A stretch of 64,000 nucleotides of DNA, from NCBI GenBank assembly GCA_963840855.1, contig CAWJBB010000021.1, positions 32,001-96,000 of the forward strand, written 5' to 3'. This document shows positions 49,726 to 59,903 of the stretch, piece after piece. The notes beneath the pieces were generated by a model. It was not told the DNA's origin. It worked only from the letters and a program-made list of their open reading frames with translations, and did no database searches. The DNA is from an uncultured delta proteobacterium. GTDB lineage: Bacteria > Desulfobacterota > Binatia > UBA9968. A program made the translations under genes and the position numbers. Each line of letters begins with the position of its first letter. Positions within the stretch are counted from its first letter, which is position 1.

Positions 49726-51459
49726 CTACACCACCCGCTTGAACAGCCGGTCCAAATCAGCGCGGCTAAACTCGATCAGCACCGGCCGCCCATGGGGGCA
49801 TTGTGTGGCATGATCGGTCTGGTCCAGATCGGTAAGCAAGGCGCGCATCTCATCCGGCTCCAGTTTTCGATTGGCGCGAATTACGTTGTGGCAGGCGATG
49901 GTGGCGAGCCGCTCTTCCAGGTGCTGGCGCAATTTCTCCGACTCGTCGACTTCCGCTAACTCGGCGATCATCTGGCGCACTGTTTGGACGTAGTCTCCTT
50001 CAGGCAACAGCGCCGGCGCCGCCGTGATCGCGAAGCAATTTGGGCCGAAAGGCTCCAGCATGAATCCGAACCGCTCCAGCACCGGCAGCTTGCGCTCCAG
50101 CAAAAGCAATTCGCCCGCCGACAATTCCAAAGTCTGTGGAATCAAGAGGCTTTGCGTCGCCACTGCGCCGCTGGACAATTGGCGGCGGAGCTTTTCGAAA
50201 GCCACCCGCTCATGGGCGGCATGCTGGTCGATGAGCGACAACCCGTTATCCGACACACAGACCAGATAGCAGCCGAGAATTTGACCCAACACGGTCATAG
50301 AAGAGAAAAAACCATTCGGCCGAGCCGCCGCTTGGACCGGCACGGAAAATAGTTCCCGCGCGGGAAGCGATAGAAAATTCACGGCCGATGAACGCGCGTA
50401 AGGCATCGGTGATTCAAAAACATGGTAAAACTCGCGGTGCTCCGCGAGCGCCGCTCGCGCTGACGGCTCTTTGGCATTGTCTTTCAACGCCGCGCGGATC
50501 GCCTGCGTTACCGCGCCGTGGATTTCGTTCTGGCGGCGGAAGCGCACTTCAAATTTTGCCGGATGAACGTTGACGTCGACCTCGCCGTAAGGAATCTCGA
50601 GAAAAAGAACCACGACGGGATATTGTCCCTTCATCAGCAAAGTATCGTAGCCCTGCATCACCGCGTGGGTGAGCACCTTGTCGCGCACGTAACGGCGGTT
50701 GACGAAGGTAAAAAGATAGCGGGCGTTGGGATAAGAAACCGGCGCGGCGCTTAAGTAACCGCTGATGCCGATTTCACCATGAAACCAGGAAAACGGCGCA
50801 AGGTTCTTAACCATATCGGGACCCAGCACCTGGCCCAACCGGTCCCTGGCGTCCCGCACGGACACGTAGTCCGCGATATTCCGTCCGTCATGCTGCAGGC
50901 GAAAGTGAATCGCCGGGAAAACCAATGCCATGCGATTGACCACATCGCAGATATGGCTCAGTTCCGTAGCGGGAGCTTTAAGAAACTTTCGGCGCGCCGG
51001 GATGTTGAAAAAAATATCTCTGATCTCAACCGTCGTTCCCACCGCCGCCGCGCTGGCGCGCGCTGCCTCTTTGCGCCCGCCACTGACCCGGAGCCGCTGG
51101 CCAGTTGTCGCCGTCGCCGGGCGCGAGACGATTTCAAGTTTCGCTACCGAGCCGATGCTCGGCAAGGCTTCGCCGCGAAAGCCAAGCGTCGCGATGCGCA
51201 ACAGATCTTCTTCGCCGCGAAGTTTGCTCGTGGAATGTCTCTCCACGGCGAGCGCCAGGTCTTCCGGTGCCATCCCTTCGCCGTTGTCGCTCACGCGAAT
51301 CAATGACGCGCCGCTCTTTTCAACCCAGACCGAGATCTCCGTAGCGTTCGCGTCTATAGAATTTTCCAGCAGCTCCTTCACCACCGAAGCCGGACGTTCC
51401 ACCACCTCCCCCGCCGCGATACGGCTCGCCATCTCATCTGAAAGGATTTGGATTTTCAC
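49726..51459 (-). CDS. mutL: DNA mismatch repair endonuclease
   Basis: IAAGEVVERP, GFRGEAL, DQHAAHER, CPHGRP. Confidence 0.97.
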   Translation of the reverse strand: MKIQILSDEMASRIAAGEVVERPASVVKELLENSIDANATEISVWVEKSGASLIRVSDNGEGMAPEDLALAVERHSTSKLRGEEDLLRIATLGFRGEALPSIGSVAKLEIVSRPATATTGQRLRVSGGRKEAARASAAAVGTTVEIRDIFFNIPARRKFLKAPATELSHICDVVNRMALVFPAIHFRLQHDGRNIADYVSVRDARDRLGQVLGPDMVKNLAPFSWFHGEIGISGYLSAAPVSYPNARYLFTFVNRRYVRDKVLTHAVMQGYDTLLMKGQYPVVVLFLEIPYGEVDVNVHPAKFEVRFRRQNEIHGAVTQAIRAALKDNAKEPSARAALAEHREFYHVFESPMPYARSSAVNFLSLPARELFSVPVQAAARPNGFFSSMTVLGQILGCYLVCVSDNGLSLIDQHAAHERVAFEKLRRQLSSGAVATQSLLIPQTLELSAGELLLLERKLPVLERFGFMLEPFGPNCFAITAAPALLPEGDYVQTVRQMIAELAEVDESEKLRQHLEERLATIACHNVIRANRKLEPDEMRALLTDLDQTDHATQCPHGRPVLIEFSRADLDRLFKRVV

Positions 51460-51622
51460 TTTTGTGGGAGTTTCTTAATTTTGAGCATATCTTAGCCTGC
51501 ATTACAGGGTCAAGAAAACAGGCCGTTATCATGAACTTCCCATTGACTTGTTCCATTGGCCTTGGGTAACTTGAATCCGCCAGGCTTCTTGCGGCTGAAA
51601 ACAACGCCGCGAGGGAGGTCCT

Positions 51623-52405
51623 ATGAAGTATTATTGGTGGCTCGCGATCTGGCTGCTGCTCTATCCCGGCGGCTTGCCCGCGGTTCAAGACACCGGCACG
51701 GTGGAGACCAAGATCAAAACCGTCATGGTCGATCCCAATACCCAGGCGCCGGTGGTGGTTTTGGAATCCGTTGCGGATCAGAGACTCCTGCCCATCTGGA
51801 TCGACGTCGCGGAAGCGCGCGCCATTGCCCTGGAGCTTGAACAGGTCAAGACGCCGCGGCCTCTGACTCACGATCTGATGCGCAATATCCTCAACCGGAT
51901 CGGCGCCACACTCGAGCGCGCGGTCATCACTGATCTTCGAAACAACACCTACTACGCGATACTTTATTTGCGTCTAAAAGGCCAGGAGCTGCAAATCGAC
52001 GCGCGCCCCAGCGACGCCATCGCCTTGGCGCTCAGAATGAAAGCGCCGGTGTTCGCTGCCGCTCAAGTATTCGCTAAATCGAGGGCTGCGCCGACGCCTA
52101 AACGGGCCGACGATGGGCAACGAAAACTCGGCATCCAAACCCAGGATCTTACTGCCGAACTTGCCGCCCTCTTCGACGTCGGGCATGAGAGCGGAGTGGT
52201 TGTGGTCCACGTGGAATCCAGCAGTCCGGCAGCGGCGGTCGGCATCCAACGCGGCGACGTCATCACGAAGGCCAACGATACGACGATTAAATCCGCTGGC
52301 GATCTCGAGCGCTTGATTGCGGCGAAAAAAACCCCGGCTCAAATCAAACTCGAAATCATAAAAAAGGGCAAGCCGACGATTATCATCATCGACTTGCCGT
52401 CCTGA
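51623..52405 (+). CDS. DUF151 bifunctional-nuclease domain fused to PDZ, with N-terminal hydrophobic signal
   Basis: LPIWI..EARAI, RPLTHDL, DARPSDAIALA; C-terminal SPAAAVGIQRGDVI. Confidence 0.85.
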   Translation: MKYYWWLAIWLLLYPGGLPAVQDTGTVETKIKTVMVDPNTQAPVVVLESVADQRLLPIWIDVAEARAIALELEQVKTPRPLTHDLMRNILNRIGATLERAVITDLRNNTYYAILYLRLKGQELQIDARPSDAIALALRMKAPVFAAAQVFAKSRAAPTPKRADDGQRKLGIQTQDLTAELAALFDVGHESGVVVVHVESSSPAAAVGIQRGDVITKANDTTIKSAGDLERLIAAKKTPAQIKLEIIKKGKPTIIIIDLPS

Positions 52406-52494
52406 CCATAGCCTGCGCGGATCAGTTATTTTGTCATCCCTATCTCTCCGCGAAAATTTACTCTTGTGGGTTGCACCGCCGGTAAGGTTGCGGT

Positions 52495-52971
52495 CTATGG
52501 CCCTTCTGGGGACTTTTCCGCCAGACTTTTAATGGCGGCGAGGACTTCCTTGTAGGTACCGCAGCGACAGATGTTACCCGAGAGATAATCCCGCACTTCA
52601 TCTTCTGTCGGCCGAGGATTACTGCTGAGTAATGCTTTTGTCGCCATGATCATCCCTGACGTGCAGTAGCCACACTGAAACGCCTGTTGCTCCAAAAACG
52701 CCTGCTGCACCGGATCCAGCTCGTCACCCTGCGCCAATCCCTCGATCGTCCGCACGTCCTTCCCCTCGGCGTTGCTCGCCAACATCAAACATGAACTTAC
52801 CGCCCGCCCATCGACCAATACCGTGCACGATCCACAGACCCCTACACCACAGCCCTCTCTACTTCCCCGTAACCGCAAATCGTCGCGCAACCATTCTAGC
52901 AATGTCTGATTAGGCCTCACCGCGGCATCCAGCTCCCGCCCGTTGACTACCGTATGTATCTCAATCTTCAT
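52495..52971 (-). CDS. Mo-hydroxylase 2Fe-2S small subunit (CoxS-like)
   Basis: GCGVGVCGSC, QCGYC, GNICRC. Confidence 0.95.
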   Translation of the reverse strand: MKIEIHTVVNGRELDAAVRPNQTLLEWLRDDLRLRGSREGCGVGVCGSCTVLVDGRAVSSCLMLASNAEGKDVRTIEGLAQGDELDPVQQAFLEQQAFQCGYCTSGMIMATKALLSSNPRPTEDEVRDYLSGNICRCGTYKEVLAAIKSLAEKSPEGP

Positions 52972-55304
52972 ACGCTTTCCCCTTTGACCAATCGTAGTCC
53001 AGCCACGACCCGATCGGGCCGCAACGGCAAATCCCTGAGCCGTATCCCTCCCAATGCGTTCGCCACCGCGTTGCCGATGGCCGGCTCCACCGGCCCAAGC
53101 GCCGCTTCGCCCACTCCCTTCGCCCCAAAGGGCCCCTCCGGATGTGGCGTCTCAACGAGCACCGACTCAAACCGCCGGGGATGATCTTCCATCGATGGCG
53201 GCATATACTCCAAGAACGTCGAGTTGATCGGCTGCCCGTTGTCGAACACCATCTCCTCAAACAGCGCCGAGCCCAACGACATGATCATCGACCCTTCGTT
53301 CTGCATGTGACATTGCCGCGGATTGACCGCCTTGCCCGCATCCACCGCCGACACCACCTGCTCGATCGTGACTTTCCCGGTCTCAGTGTCCACTGCCACT
53401 TCGGCCGCGCAGGCCGACAAGAAAAAAAACGCCGATGCTTTGCCCTTCCCCGTGCGCGGATCGACTCCCCCACTGGTCTGGTTGTCGTAGCTCGCCGCCA
53501 TGCTCCCTACCGCTGCTCCGTAACGCGCTTGAAAAAGCTGCGATATACTCTTTTTCTTCTCCGGCGCTCCCTTTACTTGCATGTTCCCTTCCACCAGTTC
53601 CAGATCTTCGACGTCAGCCTCAAGCACATTGGCCCCTATCTCCAATAGCTGCCTGCGCACCTGCTCGGCCGCCTGTCGCGCCGCTTCACCCATCGTAAAC
53701 ACCGTGCGGCTCGAACTGGTCGATTGATCGAAGGGTGTTACGTCGGTGTCGGGAAACGTCACGCTCACCCGCTCCGGCGAAATCCCCAGCTCCTCCGCCA
53801 CAATTTGCGCCAGCGAGGTCTGCGTCCCTTGCCCGATCTCCACGCTGCTGCTCAACAACACGGCCGAACCATCGGCGTTGAGCCGGACCACCGCCGAGGA
53901 GTTCGACGGCGTCATCGTCGTCTTGATCATCACCGCCAACCCCTTGCCGCGCACTTTGCCGCTGGGCACTCGGTTCTCTTGTTCCGCTTTCCCCTTCCAC
54001 CCCATCGCTTTGGCTGCGCCTTTAAGGCAGTCCGCAATCCCCACCGATACCAACTTATCCCCGGTCACGAACACATCTCCTTCTTGCACCAGGTTCTTTA
54101 ACCTGATTTCCAACGGATCGATCCCCAGCCGCCTGGCGATGTCGTCCATCTGCGACTCATACGCCCAGCAAACCTGCGGCACGCCAAACCCCCGGTATGG
54201 CCCCGTCGGCGGCGTGTTCGTGTACACGCAGTACGTCGTCAAATCCTGATGCGCGATCCGATAAGGACCACCGGCAACCTCGCCGCCGTTTTTGGTCGTC
54301 GACGGCCCAGTCAAGGCGTAGGCCCCGGTATCATAAATGCCTTCCACCTGGCGCGCGACAATGGTCCCGTCCCGTTTCACTCCGGTTTTGATCTTCACCA
54401 CCGACGCATGGCAGTGGGCGGTTAAGAAAACCTCTTCTCTGGTCAACACCCACTGCACCGGCCGGTGCGCCTGGCGCGCCAAGGCCGCCGTCAACGGCTC
54501 CAGGCGCGGATGCACTTTGCCGCCATAGCCACCACCCACGTAAGGCACGATGACGCGCACTTTAGATTGCGGCAGATCGAAAAGCTCGGCTAACTGGGCG
54601 CGGATCGATGACGGATTCTGCGTCGAGGTGTAGATCACCAGCTTGCCGCCCGGCTCCCAATAGGCCAGCGCCGCATGGGGTTCGATATGCCCATGCTGGA
54701 TCTTCTGCGAACTGTAAACATCTTCAAAAATTTCGTCCGCCGCCTTGAAGCCAACCGCCACGTCACCCTGCTCAGCGTGATAGACGCTCAAGACGTTGCT
54801 GTTTTTCTCAAATTGAAATTGCGCCCGGTCGAGGCGTGTTTCCGACCTGGCGCTCTCGGTGTGTAAGATCGGCGCGCCGGGTTTCATCGCTTCCGCCGGA
54901 TCGAACACCGCGGCCAATGGCTCGTAGTCCACCGCGATCAATTCCAGCGCCTCCTCCGCGATGTCCTTCTCCTCCGCCGCCACCGCGGCAATAATGTCCC
55001 CTACGTACCTCACCCGATCCACCGCTACCACCGCCTGATCCTTCACCACCGGTCCGAAATAGGCATTCATCCCTTTTAGATCGTCCCGCGTTAACACCGC
55101 CACTACGCCGGGCAACTTCTTCGCTTGGCTCCCATCCACGCGCGTAAGCCGCGCATGGGGGTAGCTGCTGCGCAATACCTTGGCGTACACCATTCCCGGC
55201 ATCTCGACGTCCGCGGTAAACTGCGCCCAGCCCCTGAGCTTCGCCGGCCCGTCGACCCGGAGAAAATTCTCGCCTAGACCGCTCATTGTATTTTGCTCCT
55301 TCAT
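52968..55304 (-). CDS. Xanthine dehydrogenase-family molybdopterin-binding subunit (CoxL-like)
   Basis: GGGYGGK, YRGFG, GQG, GAKGVGE. Confidence 0.95.
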   Translation of the reverse strand: MKEQNTMSGLGENFLRVDGPAKLRGWAQFTADVEMPGMVYAKVLRSSYPHARLTRVDGSQAKKLPGVVAVLTRDDLKGMNAYFGPVVKDQAVVAVDRVRYVGDIIAAVAAEEKDIAEEALELIAVDYEPLAAVFDPAEAMKPGAPILHTESARSETRLDRAQFQFEKNSNVLSVYHAEQGDVAVGFKAADEIFEDVYSSQKIQHGHIEPHAALAYWEPGGKLVIYTSTQNPSSIRAQLAELFDLPQSKVRVIVPYVGGGYGGKVHPRLEPLTAALARQAHRPVQWVLTREEVFLTAHCHASVVKIKTGVKRDGTIVARQVEGIYDTGAYALTGPSTTKNGGEVAGGPYRIAHQDLTTYCVYTNTPPTGPYRGFGVPQVCWAYESQMDDIARRLGIDPLEIRLKNLVQEGDVFVTGDKLVSVGIADCLKGAAKAMGWKGKAEQENRVPSGKVRGKGLAVMIKTTMTPSNSSAVVRLNADGSAVLLSSSVEIGQGTQTSLAQIVAEELGISPERVSVTFPDTDVTPFDQSTSSSRTVFTMGEAARQAAEQVRRQLLEIGANVLEADVEDLELVEGNMQVKGAPEKKKSISQLFQARYGAAVGSMAASYDNQTSGGVDPRTGKGKASAFFFLSACAAEVAVDTETGKVTIEQVVSAVDAGKAVNPRQCHMQNEGSMIMSLGSALFEEMVFDNGQPINSTFLEYMPPSMEDHPRRFESVLVETPHPEGPFGAKGVGEAALGPVEPAIGNAVANALGGIRLRDLPLRPDRVVAGLRLVKGESV

Positions 55305-56149
55305 GCCGCACATTCGGTCAACGCGCGGCGCACCAACACCTGAACCAGTTGCCGTTTGTAATCCGCGGGACCGCGCAGATCATCGATGGGGTCCACAGCC
55401 GCTGCGGCGTTACGGGCGATTTCAGCGATCGCGTCAGCAGTGGATTTTTGTCCCGACCCAAGCCCTTGATCCGTTAAAACGACGGGCGCCGGCGACACCG
55501 CGCCCACCACGACACGCGCCTCTGCCGGCTTGCCGTTAGCATGCCGTACCCATGCGGCGACCCCCGCGCAGGGACGATCCTCCGATGAACGCGTGGTAAA
55601 CTTAAGGTAGATGCCTTTGACATTCGCCAGCGCTGGCGGCACTAGCAATGCGGTAAGTATTTCATCCCGCTCTAAACCCGTCTCGTAACTGCCGATCAAA
55701 AAATCGCGCAGTTTGACGGTTCGAACGTTGTCGCGCGTGGTTAACTCCACACTGGCATCGAAGGCAACTAGCGCCGCTGGTGGATCCGACTGTGAATCCG
55801 CGTGGGCCAAATTACCACCGATGGTTGCCATGTTGCGGATGCGAATGTTCGCCACCACGTGGCAAGCCTGAGCCAGCAAGGGGTAGTGTTGCCGCACCGC
55901 CGGCGCGCTCTCGACATCGAAGATGCTTGCCAATCCGCCAACCCGGAGCCCGCTCGCCGGCTCGTAGGTAATTTCCGCCGCGCCTTTGATTTTTTTTAGA
56001 TTGACTAAAGTCTTAGGCAGCAGGATGCCGTGCTTGATCAAAATCAAAACCGCCGTGCCGCCGCTGATAAGCTTGACGTCTTCGTCCGCCGAGAGAATTT
56101 TACAAGCGTCGTGAATCGATTTCGGTTCGAGCATATTGAAACGTCGCAT
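55301..56149 (-). CDS. Mo-hydroxylase FAD subunit (CoxM-like)
   Basis: SGGT, IRNMATIGGN, DLRGPADYK. Confidence 0.95.
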   Translation of the reverse strand: MRRFNMLEPKSIHDACKILSADEDVKLISGGTAVLILIKHGILLPKTLVNLKKIKGAAEITYEPASGLRVGGLASIFDVESAPAVRQHYPLLAQACHVVANIRIRNMATIGGNLAHADSQSDPPAALVAFDASVELTTRDNVRTVKLRDFLIGSYETGLERDEILTALLVPPALANVKGIYLKFTTRSSEDRPCAGVAAWVRHANGKPAEARVVVGAVSPAPVVLTDQGLGSGQKSTADAIAEIARNAAAAVDPIDDLRGPADYKRQLVQVLVRRALTECAA

Positions 56150-56163
56150 GTCACACCTCTACA

Positions 56164-56239
56164 TTGGAGACTGGAGTACTGGAGTGATGGGGGAAGGGAG
56201 CGATGTATTTCAAAACCCCATGCTCCAGCACTCTATTCC
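56164..56239. repeat. Inverted octamer repeat element (TGGAGT type)
   Basis: TGGAGACTGGAGTACTGGAGTGATGGGG ... CCCCATGCTCCAGCACTCTATTCC. Confidence 0.7.
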
Positions 56240-56264
56240 GCTGCACGCAAGAAATCTTTTTCTA

Positions 56265-57347
56265 CTATTCTTCCGCCGCGGCCCACAACACGCGAATGGC
56301 CGGCGGTTGCAGCCATTTTGTGCCACGCCTCTGCAAGGCGACTTCTTCCCAGGTATCGCCACGGTCATAGGTCACGTAAATCGCCCCTTGTCCGGGCGGG
56401 CCAGCCGTATGGCCCCGAGCAACGTCACCGAATGCCGCAAAAATGGAGTTCTGGTGGTAAGGATTGAAAGCCAATTGCCAGCACATCGCGGCATGTTTGG
56501 CAGGCAATCCCGCGCCGATTTGACGCCAGCTTTGGCCGGCGTCCTCGCTGCGATATATGCGTCCATGGACACCGCCCGGCTGGTCCCAATACTGCGGCGA
56601 GCCATGCCCGGCGGCTAAGAACATCGCCGCAGGCTCACCGGGAAGATTAATCAAGTCATGAAAATAATCGCTCGCCATACCCTTTTCGGCGCGCTTCCAG
56701 CCTTTTTCCGGCGGATCGGCGGAGAAGAAGCCGCGCGACGTTGCGGCGAAATATTTCGTCTTGCTCCCCGGCGAGCGTGCGACCATATGAATGTCCGGAT
56801 ACTCGAATCCGTCACTGACATCTTCCCAAGTTTGGCCACGGTCAAAGCTGCGTACGACACCGCCATGCTCGATGGCGATATAGATGGATTTGGCATTTTC
56901 CGGATCGATGTAAATATGCCGGATATGACCTTGATGGGGCGGCTGCGGGAAATACCACTTGTATTTGACCTCCTCGGGCATCTCGACGAGGGATTTGAGC
57001 TCCTCCCAAGAATCGCCGCCGTCTTCGCTGCGGTAAAGGTGGACCGGCTCGGTTCCAGCGTAAATCACTCGCTCATCGGTGGAATCTACGGTGACCCAAC
57101 GAATATCGCCCTCAAGTACGCGCCGCCAGTGCCTACCGGCGTCTTTCGTACGATAAAGACCGTCGAAGGTTACGCCCGCAAACACGGTTTCGGGGTTCTG
57201 CCGGCAGCCGTAAACCGAATCAACAACCTGATTCTTAAAGTAGGGCTCAAACTCTCTCGATCCTCCCATTGAGGTCCAGATATCTCCCACTCCTCGAAAG
57301 ATGATCATTCCCGACTGCGTACCTGCGTAGAGCCGATAGGCTTCCAT
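56265..57347 (-). CDS. BNR/Asp-box beta-propeller protein
   Basis: Repeated S-x-D-x-G-x-[ST]-W motifs. Confidence 0.85.
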   Translation of the reverse strand: MEAYRLYAGTQSGMIIFRGVGDIWTSMGGSREFEPYFKNQVVDSVYGCRQNPETVFAGVTFDGLYRTKDAGRHWRRVLEGDIRWVTVDSTDERVIYAGTEPVHLYRSEDGGDSWEELKSLVEMPEEVKYKWYFPQPPHQGHIRHIYIDPENAKSIYIAIEHGGVVRSFDRGQTWEDVSDGFEYPDIHMVARSPGSKTKYFAATSRGFFSADPPEKGWKRAEKGMASDYFHDLINLPGEPAAMFLAAGHGSPQYWDQPGGVHGRIYRSEDAGQSWRQIGAGLPAKHAAMCWQLAFNPYHQNSIFAAFGDVARGHTAGPPGQGAIYVTYDRGDTWEEVALQRRGTKWLQPPAIRVLWAAAEE

Positions 57348-57461
57348 AAGCTAGCCCCCCGTATGCTTACCGACAAACCCAAGCGATATTGGCGCGAATC
57401 TATTCCGAGCCGCCGGCGCCCGTCAAGAGCGCTACGCGGCTCCAATCAGGCTGGAAGTCAC

Positions 57462-57499
57462 AAAAAAAAGGGCAAGTCCGCTTGCGCGGTACTTGCCCC
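57462..57499 (-). terminator. Rho-independent terminator after ubiD-family gene
   Basis: GGGCAAGTACCGC-GCAA-GCGGACTTGCCC followed by T8 on the minus strand. Confidence 0.8.
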
Positions 57500-57525
57500 T
57501 GCCCCGAATAAACGGCGCGCCGGAG

Positions 57526-58965
57526 TTATTTTTTCCCGTTGGTTCCGAAAAGTTCGGCGCCCCATTTTTTCGCCGTGGCGTCCACCACTTCTTTGCTCGA
57601 TTCGGCCACGGGCGGGAAGTCTTTGATCCATTCATAAGGCCGGGTCGCATCGATGATCGCGCGGGAGTTGAAACCCTTCTTGGTCGGATGAATGACCGGA
57701 TCGAGGGGGCCGCTCCAACACCGGCGCAGGATATCGATGTCTTGCTCCGGTTCACAACGGGTGCACATCGCCCAGATCACGTCGTCGGTATTTGAAGGGT
57801 CGATGTCGTCATCGACAACCACGACGAAGCGGCCGAGATAGGCCCCCGCGTGACATTGCGACGCAATCACAGCGGCTTGCTTGGCATGGCCGGGATAGCG
57901 CTGCTTGATCGATACGGCCATCATAAGCCGGCTGCCGCCCGAAACGGTCAACCATACCCCTTTCACATCCGGCACGCCGGCCTTTTCCATTTCATCCCAA
58001 ATCAACGCGGAGCGTAAATAGGATCGATACCAGCCGAGCTCCGCCGGCGGACGGCCCGGGGGCGAACCGAGAATGATCGGATCGTTGCGGTGATAGAGCC
58101 GCTTTACTTCGACCCAGGGCTCGGCGCGCTCGGCGCTGGCGTAGTAGCCGGTCCATTCGCCAAACGGCCCTTCGACCTTAGGGTTATCGAAATGGACGTC
58201 GCCTTCGATGACGATCTCGGCATTGGCCGGTATCGGCAAGCCAGAGTACTCGCCTTCGACCATTTCAAATGGTGTGCCGCGAATACCGCCGATGAATTCA
58301 TACTCCGGAACGCCGTAGGGAACTTCGATGCTGCCCGCCAGGAAGGTCAGCGGATCATGGCCAAAAGACATCGCGATCTTAAACGGCTGGCCGCTGGCCG
58401 CATACTTTTCACGCTGGATACGGCCATGCTTGCCCGGGGAAATGTAAAATCCGAGTTTGTTCTTGTCGTGAATCATGACGCGGTAGGTGCCGTAGTTGAC
58501 CCAACCTTCGTCCGGGTCGCGCGTAATATCGACGCTGCCCGTGCCGATATAACGGCCGCCGTCTTTGTCATGCCACAGCGGGGTCGGAAACTTGAACATA
58601 TCGATATCGCCGTCTTTGTAGACGTTATCGAAGAGCGGGCTTTTTTTGACGAACCTGGCGGGAACCGGTTTGATCTTCTTGTAGTTCTCTTTCCAGATTT
58701 TGACGAAATCCATTTTGGTTTCGCCCGATGGCATACCGAGAGTGAGAGCGAGCCGTTTTCTCGACGCCAAGGAATTGGACAACACGCGATAACCCTTTGG
58801 ATAGCCTTTGATATCCTCGAACAATACCGCCGGCCCGTCCTCTTTGTGGCCCACCAGCTCGGTGATGGCACCGATTTCCAAGTTCCAGTCGCAGCCTTTG
58901 AGGGTTTTCAGTTCACCCATCTCGTCCGCGATCTGGATCCAGTCCCTAAGGTCCTGATATTCCAT
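57526..58965 (-). CDS. UbiD family prFMN-dependent (de)carboxylase
   Basis: DGGRY, NYGTYR, EGPFGEWTGYY, VVDDDID. Confidence 0.95.
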   Translation of the reverse strand: MEYQDLRDWIQIADEMGELKTLKGCDWNLEIGAITELVGHKEDGPAVLFEDIKGYPKGYRVLSNSLASRKRLALTLGMPSGETKMDFVKIWKENYKKIKPVPARFVKKSPLFDNVYKDGDIDMFKFPTPLWHDKDGGRYIGTGSVDITRDPDEGWVNYGTYRVMIHDKNKLGFYISPGKHGRIQREKYAASGQPFKIAMSFGHDPLTFLAGSIEVPYGVPEYEFIGGIRGTPFEMVEGEYSGLPIPANAEIVIEGDVHFDNPKVEGPFGEWTGYYASAERAEPWVEVKRLYHRNDPIILGSPPGRPPAELGWYRSYLRSALIWDEMEKAGVPDVKGVWLTVSGGSRLMMAVSIKQRYPGHAKQAAVIASQCHAGAYLGRFVVVVDDDIDPSNTDDVIWAMCTRCEPEQDIDILRRCWSGPLDPVIHPTKKGFNSRAIIDATRPYEWIKDFPPVAESSKEVVDATAKKWGAELFGTNGKK

Positions 58966-59117
58966 TCCGTCCTCCTAAAGATTTGCAGAAAATTCGGTTA
59001 GCGCACATGAGGTGGCCTGAATTTATCGGAAAATAAGCCATGGGTCAAGACGACGAGGCGCCGTCAAACTGGGGAAAGCTAATTGAAATCAACACTTTCT
59101 CATGCTACCCCTGAGTT

Positions 59118-59588
59118 GTGCCGGGCAAGTTGAAGAGCCTCGAAGAACTCAAGTCCATCGCTTTACAAGCGAAAGCCCGCGGCCAAAAAGTCGTTTTCAC
59201 CAACGGTTGCTTCGACATCCTGCACCAGGGCCATTTGCACGTACTGCGGGAAGCGAAGGCGCTCGGCGATTTGTTGATTGTCGCGGTCAATAGCGACGGT
59301 TCGGTCAAGCGGCTCAAGGGCCCCTCACGGCCGGTCATCGGCGAAGCCGGACGTTCTGAGTTGATCGCTGCTCTGGAGATGGTAGATTACGTAACGCTGT
59401 TCGCGGAGACAGACCCCCGCCGTCTCATCGAAGAGATTCAGCCGGACATCTTGGCGAAGGGCGGGGATTGGCGCCCGGATCAGGTCGTGGGCGCAGATAT
59501 TGTCGAGCGAAGCGGCGGCACGGTTGCCGTAATTCCCTACTTGAGAGGTTTTTCAACTACGGAAATTATTGAAAGGGTGCGGAGCTAG
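59118..59588 (+). CDS. rfaE2: D-glycero-beta-D-manno-heptose 1-phosphate adenylyltransferase
   Basis: FTNGCFDILHQGH, KGPSRP, KGGDW, STT. Confidence 0.9.
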   Translation: MPGKLKSLEELKSIALQAKARGQKVVFTNGCFDILHQGHLHVLREAKALGDLLIVAVNSDGSVKRLKGPSRPVIGEAGRSELIAALEMVDYVTLFAETDPRRLIEEIQPDILAKGGDWRPDQVVGADIVERSGGTVAVIPYLRGFSTTEIIERVRS

Positions 59589-59593
59589 AACCT

Positions 59594-59785
59594 ATGGCAA
59601 GAAGTTGCGCAATTTGCGGCAAAAAACGGTCCATTGGCAACAAAGTGAGTCACGCCAATAACAAATCCAAGAGATCGTGGCAACCTAATTTGAAAAGAGT
59701 GCGCGCGACATTTGCCGGGCAGGTCAAACGCGCTCTGGTCTGTACCGACTGCATTCATTCAGGCCGTGTTCAGAAAGTGGCCTGA
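59594..59785 (+). CDS. rpmB: 50S ribosomal protein L28 (Zn-binding form)
   Basis: CAICGK, GNKVSHA, PNL, CTDC. Confidence 0.95.
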   Translation: MARSCAICGKKRSIGNKVSHANNKSKRSWQPNLKRVRATFAGQVKRALVCTDCIHSGRVQKVA

Positions 59786-59903
59786 CATCTGCTGCCACAC
59801 TCGTACGCGTCAAATATGATAACGCCTGACAGAGCGTAGCTACGAGTATACCGTGGGTAACACGGGTTCAAAACGTTTTGAACGAATTGAACAATAAATC
59901 GAA

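Noticed and set aside
52495-56149. Aerobic CO dehydrogenase or 4-hydroxybenzoyl-CoA reductase
   Set aside because: Lacks the AYRCSFR/AYRGAGR loop; the FAD subunit lacks the HcrB 4Fe-4S insertion
3617-59892. Repeats as a CRISPR array
   Set aside because: Units are 7-9 nt, degenerate and contiguous, with no spacers and no cas genes
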